Of a stretch of DNA of 64,000 nt, positions 17,545-27,505 are shown one piece after another. The number at the start of each line of letters is the position of its first letter. Within the stretch, counting starts at the first letter, position 1. Source of the stretch: an uncultured Methanosarcinales archaeon (GTDB lineage Archaea; Nanobdellota; Nanobdellia; Woesearchaeales; GW2011-AR9); contig CAZGQD010000002.1 in NCBI GenBank assembly GCA_964527395.1, positions 24,245 through 88,244 on the forward strand, written 5' to 3'. Under the pieces are notes generated by a model. That model was not told the DNA's origin, made no database searches, and saw nothing but the letters and a program-made list of their open reading frames with translations. A program made the translations under genes and the position numbers.

Positions 17545-20500
17545 TTAAGACTTACAACAAAGTTCTCTTCCATTTCCACATCCATAAGTTTCATAATTCT
17601 GATACCCATCTGCCAAATAATCAACAAAAGACTTACAAGTACTCTCATCATCAGCATTCTCAATCAACATACAACTATAGCTACTAAAGTCACTAGGCAC
17701 AGTATCTTTCAAACCAATAGTCCCTGCTGCAGACCCACAAAGTGTAGTTAATGGAACTCCAGTTGAACTACTACTTCCAGCACTTCCAGCATAACTCCTA
17801 CTTTCGTCACAGTGATATCCATTTACAGACCCTTCACCATACTTATCTGACTTACCAATCACTTTAGCAAACTGACAATTATAAGCACGAATCTTTTGAA
17901 ACTCTCCATCCTCTTGCACAGAAGAACTAAACGCCCCTAACTTCCCACCAGAAGCATCTTCTCGTAAAAAGAATCTATCTAGCATAGTTTCAACTCTACT
18001 TTTCACATCTGAAGATCCAATGTCACTATCTCCTGACTGCATTACAAGTGAAGCAATATAATAATAAATTCCCACAGCCTCATTCAAATGGCTTGGATAA
18101 GCCTCAATCAACTGCGCAGCTTCAGAAACCACTCGCGAATAATCCTTAGCTACAAAATACTCATAAATGCTGCTACTGTCACCAGTACTTACATCAATTT
18201 CATTCTTTTGCACCAAAATTGATTCTGACACAGTAACTTCTCCCAGCCCTGTATTTGCTACAGTCTGATATGCATTATAACATCCATCTGATTGATCTTT
18301 ATGCATCAAACTAAACTTAACTCCAATATTAGCCTCATCTCGACTTGTAGATTTAGCTGCACGCTGTGTTTCATATTCACACTCAGTTGTTCCAACTTTC
18401 CCAGCAGACCCAAGCACATTAGTAAATTCAAAGCCATCATATCCAAACTTAACTGCATTAATTTCAGACAATTCAAATGTACTAGTTCCAGATTTGGTCA
18501 ATTTGCCACCATCATCATCTGTAGGTTCATAACCACCAGTTAAAACAGTAACATCTTTAGGAACAGTCAACTCATATTTGTCATCAATTAGTTGATAATC
18601 AAATTCAATGTTTCTCTCACGACTAACTGTGCTTGGTACTTTCACATCTTTAAGCTCCTCACAACCTTCATGACTTCTACTAGAATCAAGTTTGATTGCA
18701 TTACTATATTCTCCAAACATTTCTGAATTAACTTTACCTAAACTAATTGTAGGTTGCATTAAACCAGCTGCTCCTGTTGGAATTGTCAAAATCTGATCAT
18801 CAGCCTGCACTCCAGCACCATTCACATCCATTTTCATACAATACCCTGCCCCATCTGTATAAATTGAAGGTCGTACAGTAATATCATCTTCATCTAAGAA
18901 CAAATTTGGTGTCTCACAATCAAGCCATAAACCAGTTTTGTCATCATAACACTGAATATAAGGTGCTTGGAAATAACTAAGTCCTTCTTCTCCATAAAAG
19001 ATACTACTAAGCCCTGGACATGAAAAAGTCCCATCTGTTTGTGTATAACAAGTACCAATGTCACAATCATAAGTTGCATCTGTACTTAATCCAGCTGAAC
19101 ACTCAAAGACTCCAGGAGCACTGTTATCCTTAATCGGGTAATAGAACTTACCACCAGTTGAAGTCTTATACCCTTCTTCAAAACAATTATCTATATCTGC
19201 TTTTGTTGTATCTACATTTAATTCTAACACAACGTGGTCATATCTATAATGTGAATTAATTCTTTGCGGCATTTGCATTTGGATATCTACAAGTTCACCT
19301 GAGTTCACGTAACTAACTGAACTTCCTCCATCTAAATAATAGACTTTCTCATTCTCAAACTGTGAATTCCCTGTTGCTGTTAAACAATCACAACCTTCAC
19401 CATCACAACTTGTATCAACTCCCGGATTCCCTTGATCTTCTGGTCCAATACATTTCAAATAAGTTTTATAGTTATCTATCGGACAGCCAGCAGAGAATAC
19501 AGCTCCAACTTTGTAGTTATATACAGCTGTAAGCCCTTGCGGATCATAGTTACTAAACACTCTTTCTTTAGGATAAACGAGTGGATAACTTTTTGTTTCA
19601 ATTGTCAAAGCAGCTTCTGCGAATGCATCTAAACCAAGTGGAAAATCATAACCAAACGCAGCAAGACAAATACTTTGCGCAATACCTTGTGCTCCTCCTC
19701 CAAAATACTGACTTAGAACAGCATCTCCATAATCATCTTGCATATCATCTATAGTACTTTGAAGTCCAGGTTCAATACTGGAACTAAAATCAGCAACTTT
19801 TCCATCAAATAAACTTCCTTCTTTACCAAAATCACCAAAACCATAAGGTGAACATTGGTTTGACGCAAACGTAATTGCTTTATAAACCAAACCACAGACA
19901 TGCTGTGAAAAGATTTGCTTACACATCCCCATATCTTGAAACTCAGTATACTTAGCTTCTACTGCGCAAGTTCGTAAACCATCTAAAATACCTCTAAGCA
20001 TAGTAAACTGTCCCCAGATATTCTCCAAACACATAGTTTGATACGCGCTCAAAAACTGTGTATTAGGGTCAATCATTGCAACTTTCTTATTCTCTGCTGT
20101 ACGAAGCATATCAAGTGCATAATCTTGTCCAAAAGCTGCACTAAAGTCACGTTCTTTGTAATACCTTTTATCTGAATAATATGTTCCAAATTTACTATTA
20201 CTCTCAGAAAAGACTTGATCTTGTCTGTAATGATACTCTTCAGTAGCTCCTGATTCTTCATCTTTACGAACAGCTTCACGAACTGTATAAACTTTATCTT
20301 CACTTCCTTTTTTAGGCTCACATACACACTGATAGAATTCTAAATCATCTCCAATAAAACAATCACTAGAATAACCCGCATAAAACAATTCACCACTTAA
20401 CTGCTGACCATTAGCATCAACTAACTCTCCTTTAACATGACCTCTTTCTGTAACAGCTCCTGTTTGATTGAAACAAGTAGCAACTTTAGCATCATCTGTT

Positions 20501-23391
20501 TTTATTGGATCAAACCCAGTATGTCCTGACTTACCTGCTCCATGACCTAAAGCTGTATAACCTGGCTTTCTAGGATTCTCACAAATTTGCTGACATGTTT
20601 CTGATCTAGCTCCACAAAACCCTTCTGTTCCTGGTGCTTGATAAACTTGAATTTTATCAACAACTGTACCTGCCCCAATTGCTGTAAGACCTTTATCAAT
20701 AACTTCTAATTCATAAATTCCTTTAGCTTCATCAATTGCCTTACTATTCCTATACAAAGTAGCAGAGATTGTAGTCCCTGACTGTTTATATTCTTCTGGA
20801 ACTAAATAACAAGTATCTCCTGGAATCTCCAAATCACTAATATCTTCACTTAACGCATACCCATCTACATTATTTTTAACATACTTCTGACAATTCTCTA
20901 CTTCCTCAAGCGGAATACAAGCCCCTGTAGCCCCACACTGTTTCTGCTCTAAAATCACTGACTGAATTTCATCTTCTGTTTTAGTTTCTGTCCATCTAGC
21001 AGGCGAACTATGACAAAAGGTTCTGTCACATGTCCATCTGTAAGCTTTCTCTAGCCGACTCTCAAGCTCCCACAACCTAGCAGTGTTCGGGCAATAATCA
21101 TCAAGAATCTTACTTTGATAATCTTCTGGCAACTTATGATTAGGAGCATTAATCTCAGGATGACCAGCTTCTATCAATTTATCCCAGCTTTCAATAGTAC
21201 TCTCTAAAAACAATTGATTTTGTAAAACTCCAACTGGACAAGCATCTTCCTCTCCTCCAGCAAGCTTTTCAATAGTTCCAGCTACCCCTTCAGTCTTAGA
21301 AACAGTAAACCGAAGTATCCGAACCACAACTTTGCTACCAAAAGACAAATAACATCCAATAGAAGTCAATCGAACAGCCTTCTCTAAGTAAGGGAGTACC
21401 TTATCAATCTTCTCAATAGTCCATGTAGTTGAATCAATCACGCCTTGAAGCAATTTGTCAGCCTTCAAATCTTCAATATCAAGAGGAGCATCTACAAAAT
21501 AAGATAAATCATAACAACTTGTTTGAGTCTTTGAAGATCCTAATGCACCATTTGCATCACGTTCTTGATAATTCACAGTAACTTGTAGTGGAAAAACAAT
21601 CATTCTGTCACTATACATATTCCAATAACTCTCATCACTATCACTATAATCTTCTGTAGGCGCTAAATTCCAAGAAAGGTAATGCGAAGTCTTAGCTCCA
21701 TTTGAAGCTACTTTAGGTTCGTTAGGCAAAATCGCACATCCAACTCCAAACTCATCATCTACCATGCTTTGGGTACACGCTTTCTCAAACCTAACTGAAT
21801 TAATTTGATATGCTGCATCTGTTTCAGACCCAGTTGATAAATCACTTGTTGCACTACCTTGCCCTTGATAGTCCATTGTAAAAATAGCAGTCACTTGCTC
21901 TCTACCTTCATCAAGCAATGTCGGATCAAGCTTCAACGGCAACTGATAATTAGGATCATCTGCAATCAAAAAATCAAAATCGGTAGAATAACAACTGTTC
22001 ACAATAACTTGGTCTTTAAAATACCCTGCCTTTCCACTTGCATCTACTGCAATAATATAGATATAATATGAAAAACTTGTAGCTGACCCTGCTGAACTAA
22101 CTCCATTAATTACTTCATTTTCAAGTCCAGATGGAACTACATTAACTGCAAAATCATCTAAAGAAAAAGCTCCACCATTTTTTAAATTCACATTACTAAA
22201 CACAAACTTCCCTTCAGAATCAGCCTCAACCATATCAAAAACATCACTTTCACTAAAAGTCAACTGCTGATCATAAGTCAATGTTCTATAAACATACAAA
22301 TAAACTTCCGCGCCAGCTTCAGTCTCTCCAAATATATCTGTTTCAGCTCTGTTTTGGTAATACTCTTTTCCTTTACTAAATTCAGCAGAAACTGTCGGTT
22401 CTTTTGTATCTGATACTACTTCAGCTTCAACCTTAGAAGAAAGCCCAACTAAATCTGTAGCAACTACAACAATAGAATTCTCTCCTTCCTCAAGCGAAAC
22501 AGACTCAGAAAACCCACCAGCACTTTCCAAAGAAACAGAAATCTTCTCTTCACCATTTACAGTAACCAAAACCTCGCTAGCTTCATCTACATTTCCACTG
22601 ATATCAATAGATTTCTCAGACGTATAAGAAGAAATTGTATCAACAACTAAAGTAGGATGACTATTGTCACTAACAACTGTCACGCTATATTCTTCTAACT
22701 GATCTCCAAGGCTAGCTTCTAAGCTAACAACATTACTTTCTCCAGCAACAAGTGGTGCATTTGATATTGCAAAAAGCCCATCTGTCCCTACAACATCCTT
22801 AGCAAAATAACCACCATTTACATATAATCTTACTTCAGTTCCATACGCAGCTGACCCTGTAACTGTAATAGAATCTCCTGCGATAAGTTCATCAATTTCA
22901 TCAACTTGTAAATTTATACTAGCAGAATAATCAACTTCTTCACTACTAGTATCTTCTTCACCAGAATCAGCCTCTTCACTCTCACTTGTATCTTCAGTCT
23001 CCTCAGCAGCATCTGTTGTAAAACTATAATATGATCCAGAATTGTCATCCAAAACCTCTTCATCCCCAGCTACACTCATCACCGAATAATAATATTCAGT
23101 CCCTCCTTCCAAACCACTAATATCAAACTCATGCGAAGTCACTGCATCTGAACTAGAAACCTCTAAATCTAAATTAGTTGCATCTGTTCCATAAAACACA
23201 GTCCCTGAAGCCTCTTCATCTGTCTCCCATGAAACTGTAGCTGTAGAAGAACCAACATTGGAACTAGCAGTATCACTAATACTAAGCGCATACGTTATTG
23301 GCAGGTTTAAAAACAAAACTACTACAAACACTGCAAAAAACCTAGTCCAATTCTCCTTACTTTTTCCAAATACCATTACAATACCATTCAC
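17545..23391 (-). CDS. giant secreted Cys-rich surface protein (1948 aa) with N-terminal FN3-like and Ig-like domains
   Basis: Uninterrupted 5.8-kb ORF with signal peptide FFAVFVVVLFLNLPITYALS. FN3-like STATVSWETDEEASGTVFYGTD...YYYSV. Repeated Ig-like segments (ITVTGSAAYGTEVRLYVNG, IDISGNVDEASEVLVTVNG, FGETEAGAEVYLYVY). Then about 1400 aa rich in Cys, Gly, Asp and Tyr. Confidence 0.85.
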   Translation of the reverse strand: MNGIVMVFGKSKENWTRFFAVFVVVLFLNLPITYALSISDTASSNVGSSTATVSWETDEEASGTVFYGTDATNLDLEVSSSDAVTSHEFDISGLEGGTEYYYSVMSVAGDEEVLDDNSGSYYSFTTDAAEETEDTSESEEADSGEEDTSSEEVDYSASINLQVDEIDELIAGDSITVTGSAAYGTEVRLYVNGGYFAKDVVGTDGLFAISNAPLVAGESNVVSLEASLGDQLEEYSVTVVSDNSHPTLVVDTISSYTSEKSIDISGNVDEASEVLVTVNGEEKISVSLESAGGFSESVSLEEGENSIVVVATDLVGLSSKVEAEVVSDTKEPTVSAEFSKGKEYYQNRAETDIFGETEAGAEVYLYVYRTLTYDQQLTFSESDVFDMVEADSEGKFVFSNVNLKNGGAFSLDDFAVNVVPSGLENEVINGVSSAGSATSFSYYIYIIAVDASGKAGYFKDQVIVNSCYSTDFDFLIADDPNYQLPLKLDPTLLDEGREQVTAIFTMDYQGQGSATSDLSTGSETDAAYQINSVRFEKACTQSMVDDEFGVGCAILPNEPKVASNGAKTSHYLSWNLAPTEDYSDSDESYWNMYSDRMIVFPLQVTVNYQERDANGALGSSKTQTSCYDLSYFVDAPLDIEDLKADKLLQGVIDSTTWTIEKIDKVLPYLEKAVRLTSIGCYLSFGSKVVVRILRFTVSKTEGVAGTIEKLAGGEEDACPVGVLQNQLFLESTIESWDKLIEAGHPEINAPNHKLPEDYQSKILDDYCPNTARLWELESRLEKAYRWTCDRTFCHSSPARWTETKTEDEIQSVILEQKQCGATGACIPLEEVENCQKYVKNNVDGYALSEDISDLEIPGDTCYLVPEEYKQSGTTISATLYRNSKAIDEAKGIYELEVIDKGLTAIGAGTVVDKIQVYQAPGTEGFCGARSETCQQICENPRKPGYTALGHGAGKSGHTGFDPIKTDDAKVATCFNQTGAVTERGHVKGELVDANGQQLSGELFYAGYSSDCFIGDDLEFYQCVCEPKKGSEDKVYTVREAVRKDEESGATEEYHYRQDQVFSESNSKFGTYYSDKRYYKERDFSAAFGQDYALDMLRTAENKKVAMIDPNTQFLSAYQTMCLENIWGQFTMLRGILDGLRTCAVEAKYTEFQDMGMCKQIFSQHVCGLVYKAITFASNQCSPYGFGDFGKEGSLFDGKVADFSSSIEPGLQSTIDDMQDDYGDAVLSQYFGGGAQGIAQSICLAAFGYDFPLGLDAFAEAALTIETKSYPLVYPKERVFSNYDPQGLTAVYNYKVGAVFSAGCPIDNYKTYLKCIGPEDQGNPGVDTSCDGEGCDCLTATGNSQFENEKVYYLDGGSSVSYVNSGELVDIQMQMPQRINSHYRYDHVVLELNVDTTKADIDNCFEEGYKTSTGGKFYYPIKDNSAPGVFECSAGLSTDATYDCDIGTCYTQTDGTFSCPGLSSIFYGEEGLSYFQAPYIQCYDDKTGLWLDCETPNLFLDEDDITVRPSIYTDGAGYCMKMDVNGAGVQADDQILTIPTGAAGLMQPTISLGKVNSEMFGEYSNAIKLDSSRSHEGCEELKDVKVPSTVSRERNIEFDYQLIDDKYELTVPKDVTVLTGGYEPTDDDGGKLTKSGTSTFELSEINAVKFGYDGFEFTNVLGSAGKVGTTECEYETQRAAKSTSRDEANIGVKFSLMHKDQSDGCYNAYQTVANTGLGEVTVSESILVQKNEIDVSTGDSSSIYEYFVAKDYSRVVSEAAQLIEAYPSHLNEAVGIYYYIASLVMQSGDSDIGSSDVKSRVETMLDRFFLREDASGGKLGAFSSSVQEDGEFQKIRAYNCQFAKVIGKSDKYGEGSVNGYHCDESRSYAGSAGSSSSTGVPLTTLCGSAAGTIGLKDTVPSDFSSYSCMLIENADDESTCKSFVDYLADGYQNYETYGCGNGRELCCKS

Positions 23392-23398
23392 TCTTCAT

Positions 23399-25576
23399 CT
23401 AATCTTCCGCCACAACTTCAGGTGACCCAATTAATTCACTATAATATTCCAAATCTGATAAAAACAAATAATAATTTTCATCGCTCGGATCTAATTCTAA
23501 TACATGAAACACAACAGATCTCCCTTCTTTTGTAGAAAGTGAGCTATCAATCATCCATTTTCCATCATATCCACCCATCAAATACTCATCTGTTGTAATT
23601 ATAATATCAACTTCATACTCAAAATTAGCTTCAGAAAGTACATTTACGAATGCATCAGACAATAAACCATCTTCACTTTCTAAACTAGTATAAATGAACT
23701 TTTCTTCATGTAATGTCTCTCTGTTATCAAAAACTCCTAAGATATCAAGCTCTTCTTCACTATAAGAATCCTCAGACTCAGCATCCTCGCCACTTTCCCC
23801 CTCACTTGATTCAGTAGTTTCTCCACCAGCTACATCACTACCAACAACATCCTCAGCAAACAACTTAAGTGTTACAAGTGCAGTCTCATCTTCATCCATT
23901 TCTTCTTCAAACTCTGCAATTTCTACACAAAGTCCATTTTTGTCAGGCTCATCATCACCACGGCAAGTATCAACATCTAATCTATGCTTAATTATAGAAA
24001 TATCAGACACTGGAAAAGAATAAAGCGGCCGCAAATTCAAACTAACTTCAGTTCCTTCTACAGCTGGTACAAACTCATTAGCTGGCAAATAACCTTCTTT
24101 TTCTCCAGTTACAATCCCTCCAGCACAATACGGAAACAACTGTGTCATTCCAGCAGCGTTACCCATACCTTCAAAATCATACTCAGTCACACCTAACTCA
24201 CATGAATACTTTAAACATGTATAACTTAAATTCACATCTGATAATGGTTCAGTTGCATACACTCCTGTTCCACTATTTTCAACTAAACTGTTAGTAAACA
24301 CTGTCATCGGTACTGTATAAGAATTTTCTAAGCAAAACTCTTCTTCATAATTGCTTGTTGGCGCAAATTCTGACTCACGAGCATAAACTTGCCCACCACG
24401 GTTACCATAATTAGACAACAAATGTACAGAAACTGCATATTGTAAAGTTACTCCACTTGCATCATCAGTCACTTGAACTAAAACAGGAAAAACAGCATCA
24501 TAAGTAAACTTCCAATTTTGTATACACACAAAGTTAAGCAAATCCTGTCCACCAAGTTGGTTAGACATCATTTTATCTCCACTTCGCGGTGTAACTTGAA
24601 ATGTAAAAGGATAATTAGATTCATACCTAAAAACTACTGAAAGATCATCATCATCTACTCCATCAACTCCCCATTCGTAATGGTTTTGATAATAAGGTTC
24701 AAGGTCTCCATAAGACACAAACTGTGTCCCTTCAACCCGCAAATTTCGCATATTCACACGAAGCATTTCCTTTAGAGTATCTTCAGCAGTTGAAGCACTC
24801 CACTGCTTTTTGCTACAGCTTAGTTCAGTTCCAACAACAGGCAAATCTTCATGTTCCATAGCAATCATATCTTGCGTTAAATCTTCAAGCTTCAATTCAT
24901 CAAGTTCAGCATCAAGTATCAGTGATGCACTGTCATACATTGACTTAAATGGCACTGAACTTTCTGCAACATGCTCAATTACTTCTGCAACTGTCTCACC
25001 TGACTTATCCATAATTAACAAATTCCACCTAACATTAAATTCTGTTTTAGAATCTAAAAACTGTGTATCTGCAAAAATATCACTATTCTCTGTCAAATCA
25101 TATTCAACTGAAAATGCATCTGATTCAAACAAACAATCTCGCACATTTTCTTCAATATAAGAATCAATTTCATTTTTGATCACATCAATACTTGGCCTAT
25201 CTTCTAAATTCCCATAAGCCCAAAGTGGCACATCCATAAAATCACTAAGTGGTAAATGCCAATTGATATCCTCACTAAAACGCTCAGGAACTTCAATGTA
25301 CCCACCTTGCAAACCTGCAATGTACAAAGCCTCCTCACCAACGCCTTGGATACATGCTGTCACAAAATTCTCTACTTTACCTTTGTCTGTAGAAAAAGTC
25401 GCTTCTGCTCCAAACGAAACTACTTCTGATCGAAGTACAAGAATTAAAGCAACAGAAATAAGCAAAACAAGTCCTACAATAATAAAAATAGTAACTTGTC
25501 CTTTTTTAGAATTAGATAACAATCCAGCTAAAGCTTTAGAGCTAACTCTACCTCCATTCACCTCTGTTGTATGCAT
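23399..25576 (-). CDS. large secreted/anchored protein with pilin-like (class III signal-like) N-terminus
   Basis: From the ATG at 25576: MHTTEVNGGRVSSKALAGLLSNSKKGQVTIFIIVGLVLLISVALILVL. TTTATATA lies 25-32 nt upstream. The track's extra 56 N-terminal codons (to 25744) come from low-complexity A/C-rich DNA and overlap repeat copy C. The stop is 7 nt before the start of the 1948-aa gene. Confidence 0.7.
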   Translation of the reverse strand: MHTTEVNGGRVSSKALAGLLSNSKKGQVTIFIIVGLVLLISVALILVLRSEVVSFGAEATFSTDKGKVENFVTACIQGVGEEALYIAGLQGGYIEVPERFSEDINWHLPLSDFMDVPLWAYGNLEDRPSIDVIKNEIDSYIEENVRDCLFESDAFSVEYDLTENSDIFADTQFLDSKTEFNVRWNLLIMDKSGETVAEVIEHVAESSVPFKSMYDSASLILDAELDELKLEDLTQDMIAMEHEDLPVVGTELSCSKKQWSASTAEDTLKEMLRVNMRNLRVEGTQFVSYGDLEPYYQNHYEWGVDGVDDDDLSVVFRYESNYPFTFQVTPRSGDKMMSNQLGGQDLLNFVCIQNWKFTYDAVFPVLVQVTDDASGVTLQYAVSVHLLSNYGNRGGQVYARESEFAPTSNYEEEFCLENSYTVPMTVFTNSLVENSGTGVYATEPLSDVNLSYTCLKYSCELGVTEYDFEGMGNAAGMTQLFPYCAGGIVTGEKEGYLPANEFVPAVEGTEVSLNLRPLYSFPVSDISIIKHRLDVDTCRGDDEPDKNGLCVEIAEFEEEMDEDETALVTLKLFAEDVVGSDVAGGETTESSEGESGEDAESEDSYSEEELDILGVFDNRETLHEEKFIYTSLESEDGLLSDAFVNVLSEANFEYEVDIIITTDEYLMGGYDGKWMIDSSLSTKEGRSVVFHVLELDPSDENYYLFLSDLEYYSELIGSPEVVAED

Positions 25577-25600
25577 ACACAAACTTAAAGTGAAAAAACG

Positions 25601-25608
25601 TATATAAA
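25601..25608 (-). promoter_or_regulatory. TATA box for 23399..25576
   Basis: The - strand reads TTTATATA, 25-32 nt upstream of the ATG at 25576. Confidence 0.45.
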
Positions 25609-25733
25609 CCTTTGCGAATTTGAAACAAAAAACAAGAAAAAAACAACTTAAAAGAGCATAAAAACACAAAAAAACAAAACAAAAAACAAATCCAAATAAT
25701 AAAAAATATACGCAAAAACAAAAAACAATAACA

Positions 25734-25852
25734 GCACTGTCCACTCACTGGCACTCCCATTCAAAACAAGACCTAAACAACGAGCATTTTTCAAGCAGCG
25801 ACTTGAAAAATTAAAAGCGAAGTGGTCACGCTTGCAGTAAGTCTGACAGTGC
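25734..25852 (+). repeat. structured palindromic element, copy C (compact form)
   Basis: Closing stem GCACTGTC / GACAGTGC, CACTCACTGGCAC, CAAGACCTAAACAACGAGCATTTT, hairpin TTTTTCAAG-CAGCGA-CTTGAAAAA, AAAGCGAAGTGGTCACGCTTGC, TAAGTCTGAC. It begins 83 nt after the stop of 25935..27116. On the - strand it is followed by T-runs (TTTTTTGTTTTTG). Confidence 0.85.
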
Positions 25853-25934
25853 GACAAAAAAAGAGAAATCAAAAGAAAACAAAAGAAAGGAAATCAAAAT
25901 CAAACAACAAAAAGAATCTAGAATCAAAAGGACC

Positions 25935-27116
25935 TCAAGAAGCATCTCTTTGCTGATAAGCTTCAACAAAAGCATCAAATCTCTGAATTAGCTGTTTTCC
26001 AGTTTCAACCTCATTATAATGATTTTTATAACTAGCAAAATCTGTTAAAACAACTACTGTCGAAAGTGCTCTATCGAGATCTTCTTCAGAAAAATCTTTT
26101 GATGCATCTGCATGCTTCATATCCCACCTACTTTTATCATGTTTCCATCCTTCTCTTCTAAAAAATTTAGAAAGAACTTTTCTTCTTTCTTCTCCAACTC
26201 TCCCTTTTGTTCCTAATTCCCAAGTAACTCTATAATTTCCCTTAATTGAATTATAAAAAACATCTATGTAAAAATTATCATCACTTGCAAAGCTAGGAGT
26301 AGTTACAAAAGACGCATTTGTATCAGTAAAAAAACCTCCAACAATGTCTCCTGTGATCGCTGATCCACTCCCCCCATAAGTTGAATAAGGATCTTGTTTA
26401 ATCTCATTGAAAACAACATTAAAATCATTTAAAGAATTTAACATATTCTTAACCATAAGCATCCTTGGGTCTACTTTTATCCCATCAGTTGCAAAATAAG
26501 CTACTCTTTTATACGGAGTATACTTCCCTGCGCCTGGATGGCGCCTAGGTCCACCCATAACAATGCTATTAAAATTATGATAAAAATGTCCATGAATTTC
26601 TCTTACAAATTCTTCAAAAGTTTCTGGAACCCAAAACTTTGTTCTACTTCTACCTGACAGAATCCCACTAAATTCAGCTAAACTTAACTTAACTCTTTCA
26701 TTTGGTAATCTATAGCCCATTTTAGCACTAAATTCTACTTGTTGCATAGCTGACCTAAAATTAGAATCTAAAGTTCCAAGATACTTATCAAAATCTTTCC
26801 CTCTTTGCCAACAATACATCCCATTTCTGTAAGGTCTTTCTGGATTCAAAAAAGGATTATCTGCTAAATTTATCATCTCTTCAATTCCAGAACGAACCAC
26901 ATCATAAGTATCAGAGAACATATTCCTCCTATGAGCCATATGTCCAGATAAAACAGCAGTAGCATTACCATTCAATTCATTTATTCCCCTTATAACAGAA
27001 CTATTTAGTTCATGAAACCTCTCATAATTACTTATCAATCTTCCAAAACTAGAAACATTTTCAACTACTAACTCAATTCCCACAAAAAAACCCCATATTA
27101 AACTATTTATAAGCAT
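25935..27116 (-). CDS. hypothetical protein (393 aa)
   Basis: Long ORF heading the surface-protein gene run. No motif recognised. Confidence 0.6.
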   Translation of the reverse strand: MLINSLIWGFFVGIELVVENVSSFGRLISNYERFHELNSSVIRGINELNGNATAVLSGHMAHRRNMFSDTYDVVRSGIEEMINLADNPFLNPERPYRNGMYCWQRGKDFDKYLGTLDSNFRSAMQQVEFSAKMGYRLPNERVKLSLAEFSGILSGRSRTKFWVPETFEEFVREIHGHFYHNFNSIVMGGPRRHPGAGKYTPYKRVAYFATDGIKVDPRMLMVKNMLNSLNDFNVVFNEIKQDPYSTYGGSGSAITGDIVGGFFTDTNASFVTTPSFASDDNFYIDVFYNSIKGNYRVTWELGTKGRVGEERRKVLSKFFRREGWKHDKSRWDMKHADASKDFSEEDLDRALSTVVVLTDFASYKNHYNEVETGKQLIQRFDAFVEAYQQRDAS

Positions 27117-27140
27117 TTATCCTTTATAAACCAACAATCC

Positions 27141-27434
27141 TTGACAAAAAAGATATATACTCCAAAACCTTCTTTAACCTATATAAATCAATTAATAAAA
27201 CTTTATGACAAAACCTTTGTGGAAAAAGTAATTAACAAAGTTTTCAAGGACAAATTCAGCAATAAAGTAGCAAAAAGTGCTATATTCACTCTTGTCTTAT
27301 TTGCAACTATTAACAGCTTCACTGAATTTGTTTCAAGAAGCACAATTTCACTTTTGCTAACAATTTGCATATTTTATGCCACATTCCAAATAATAGCATT
27401 CGGAGAAAAAAATGATAAAAAAAGAAAAATTTGA
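27141..27434 (+). CDS. small membrane protein, hypothetical
   Basis: 97 aa with two hydrophobic segments (AIFTLVLFATINSF, ISLLLTICIFYATFQIIAF). Confidence 0.4.
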   Translation: MTKKIYTPKPSLTYINQLIKLYDKTFVEKVINKVFKDKFSNKVAKSAIFTLVLFATINSFTEFVSRSTISLLLTICIFYATFQIIAFGEKNDKKRKI

Positions 27435-27504
27435 CAAACTGATCATCTTATATGCTATCGCAGCAATCGTCATAATCATAGGAACCTTCTTAGGTTGGTG
27501 GTAA
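27412..27504 (+). CDS. possible 30-aa single-TM peptide
   Basis: Hand translation MIKKEKFDKLIILYAIAAIVIIIGTFLGWW*. Below the track length cutoff. Speculative. Confidence 0.25.
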   Translation: MIKKEKFDKLIILYAIAAIVIIIGTFLGWW

Positions 27505-27505
27505 A

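Noticed and set aside
18292-22071. Short + strand ORFs inside the giant gene, and similar antisense ORFs inside other long genes (for example 5412..6009, 12739..12996, 24810..25607, 32992..33759, 37277..39724, 58420..58920)
   Set aside because: They are shadow ORFs on the strand opposite long, motif-supported genes, with low-complexity or implausible composition.
17545-23391. Giant protein as the target of a diversity-generating retroelement
   Set aside because: No reverse transcriptase ORF and no template/variable repeat pair was seen anywhere in the window.
25577-25744. 56-codon N-terminal extension of the 781-aa track ORF
   Set aside because: It encodes only Phe/Cys/Leu/Val from an A/C-rich low-complexity tract and overlaps repeat copy C. 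A TATA box sits at the right distance from the internal ATG at 25576, and the class III-like signal begins right after that ATG.
15274-27116. Type IV secretion / conjugation locus or complete type IV pilus locus (a lytic transglycosylase plus pilin-like proteins resembles VirB1/VirB2)
   Set aside because: No VirB4/VirD4/PilB/FlaI-type ATPase (no additional Walker A proteins), no PilC/FlaJ platform protein and no prepilin peptidase is encoded in or near the cluster.
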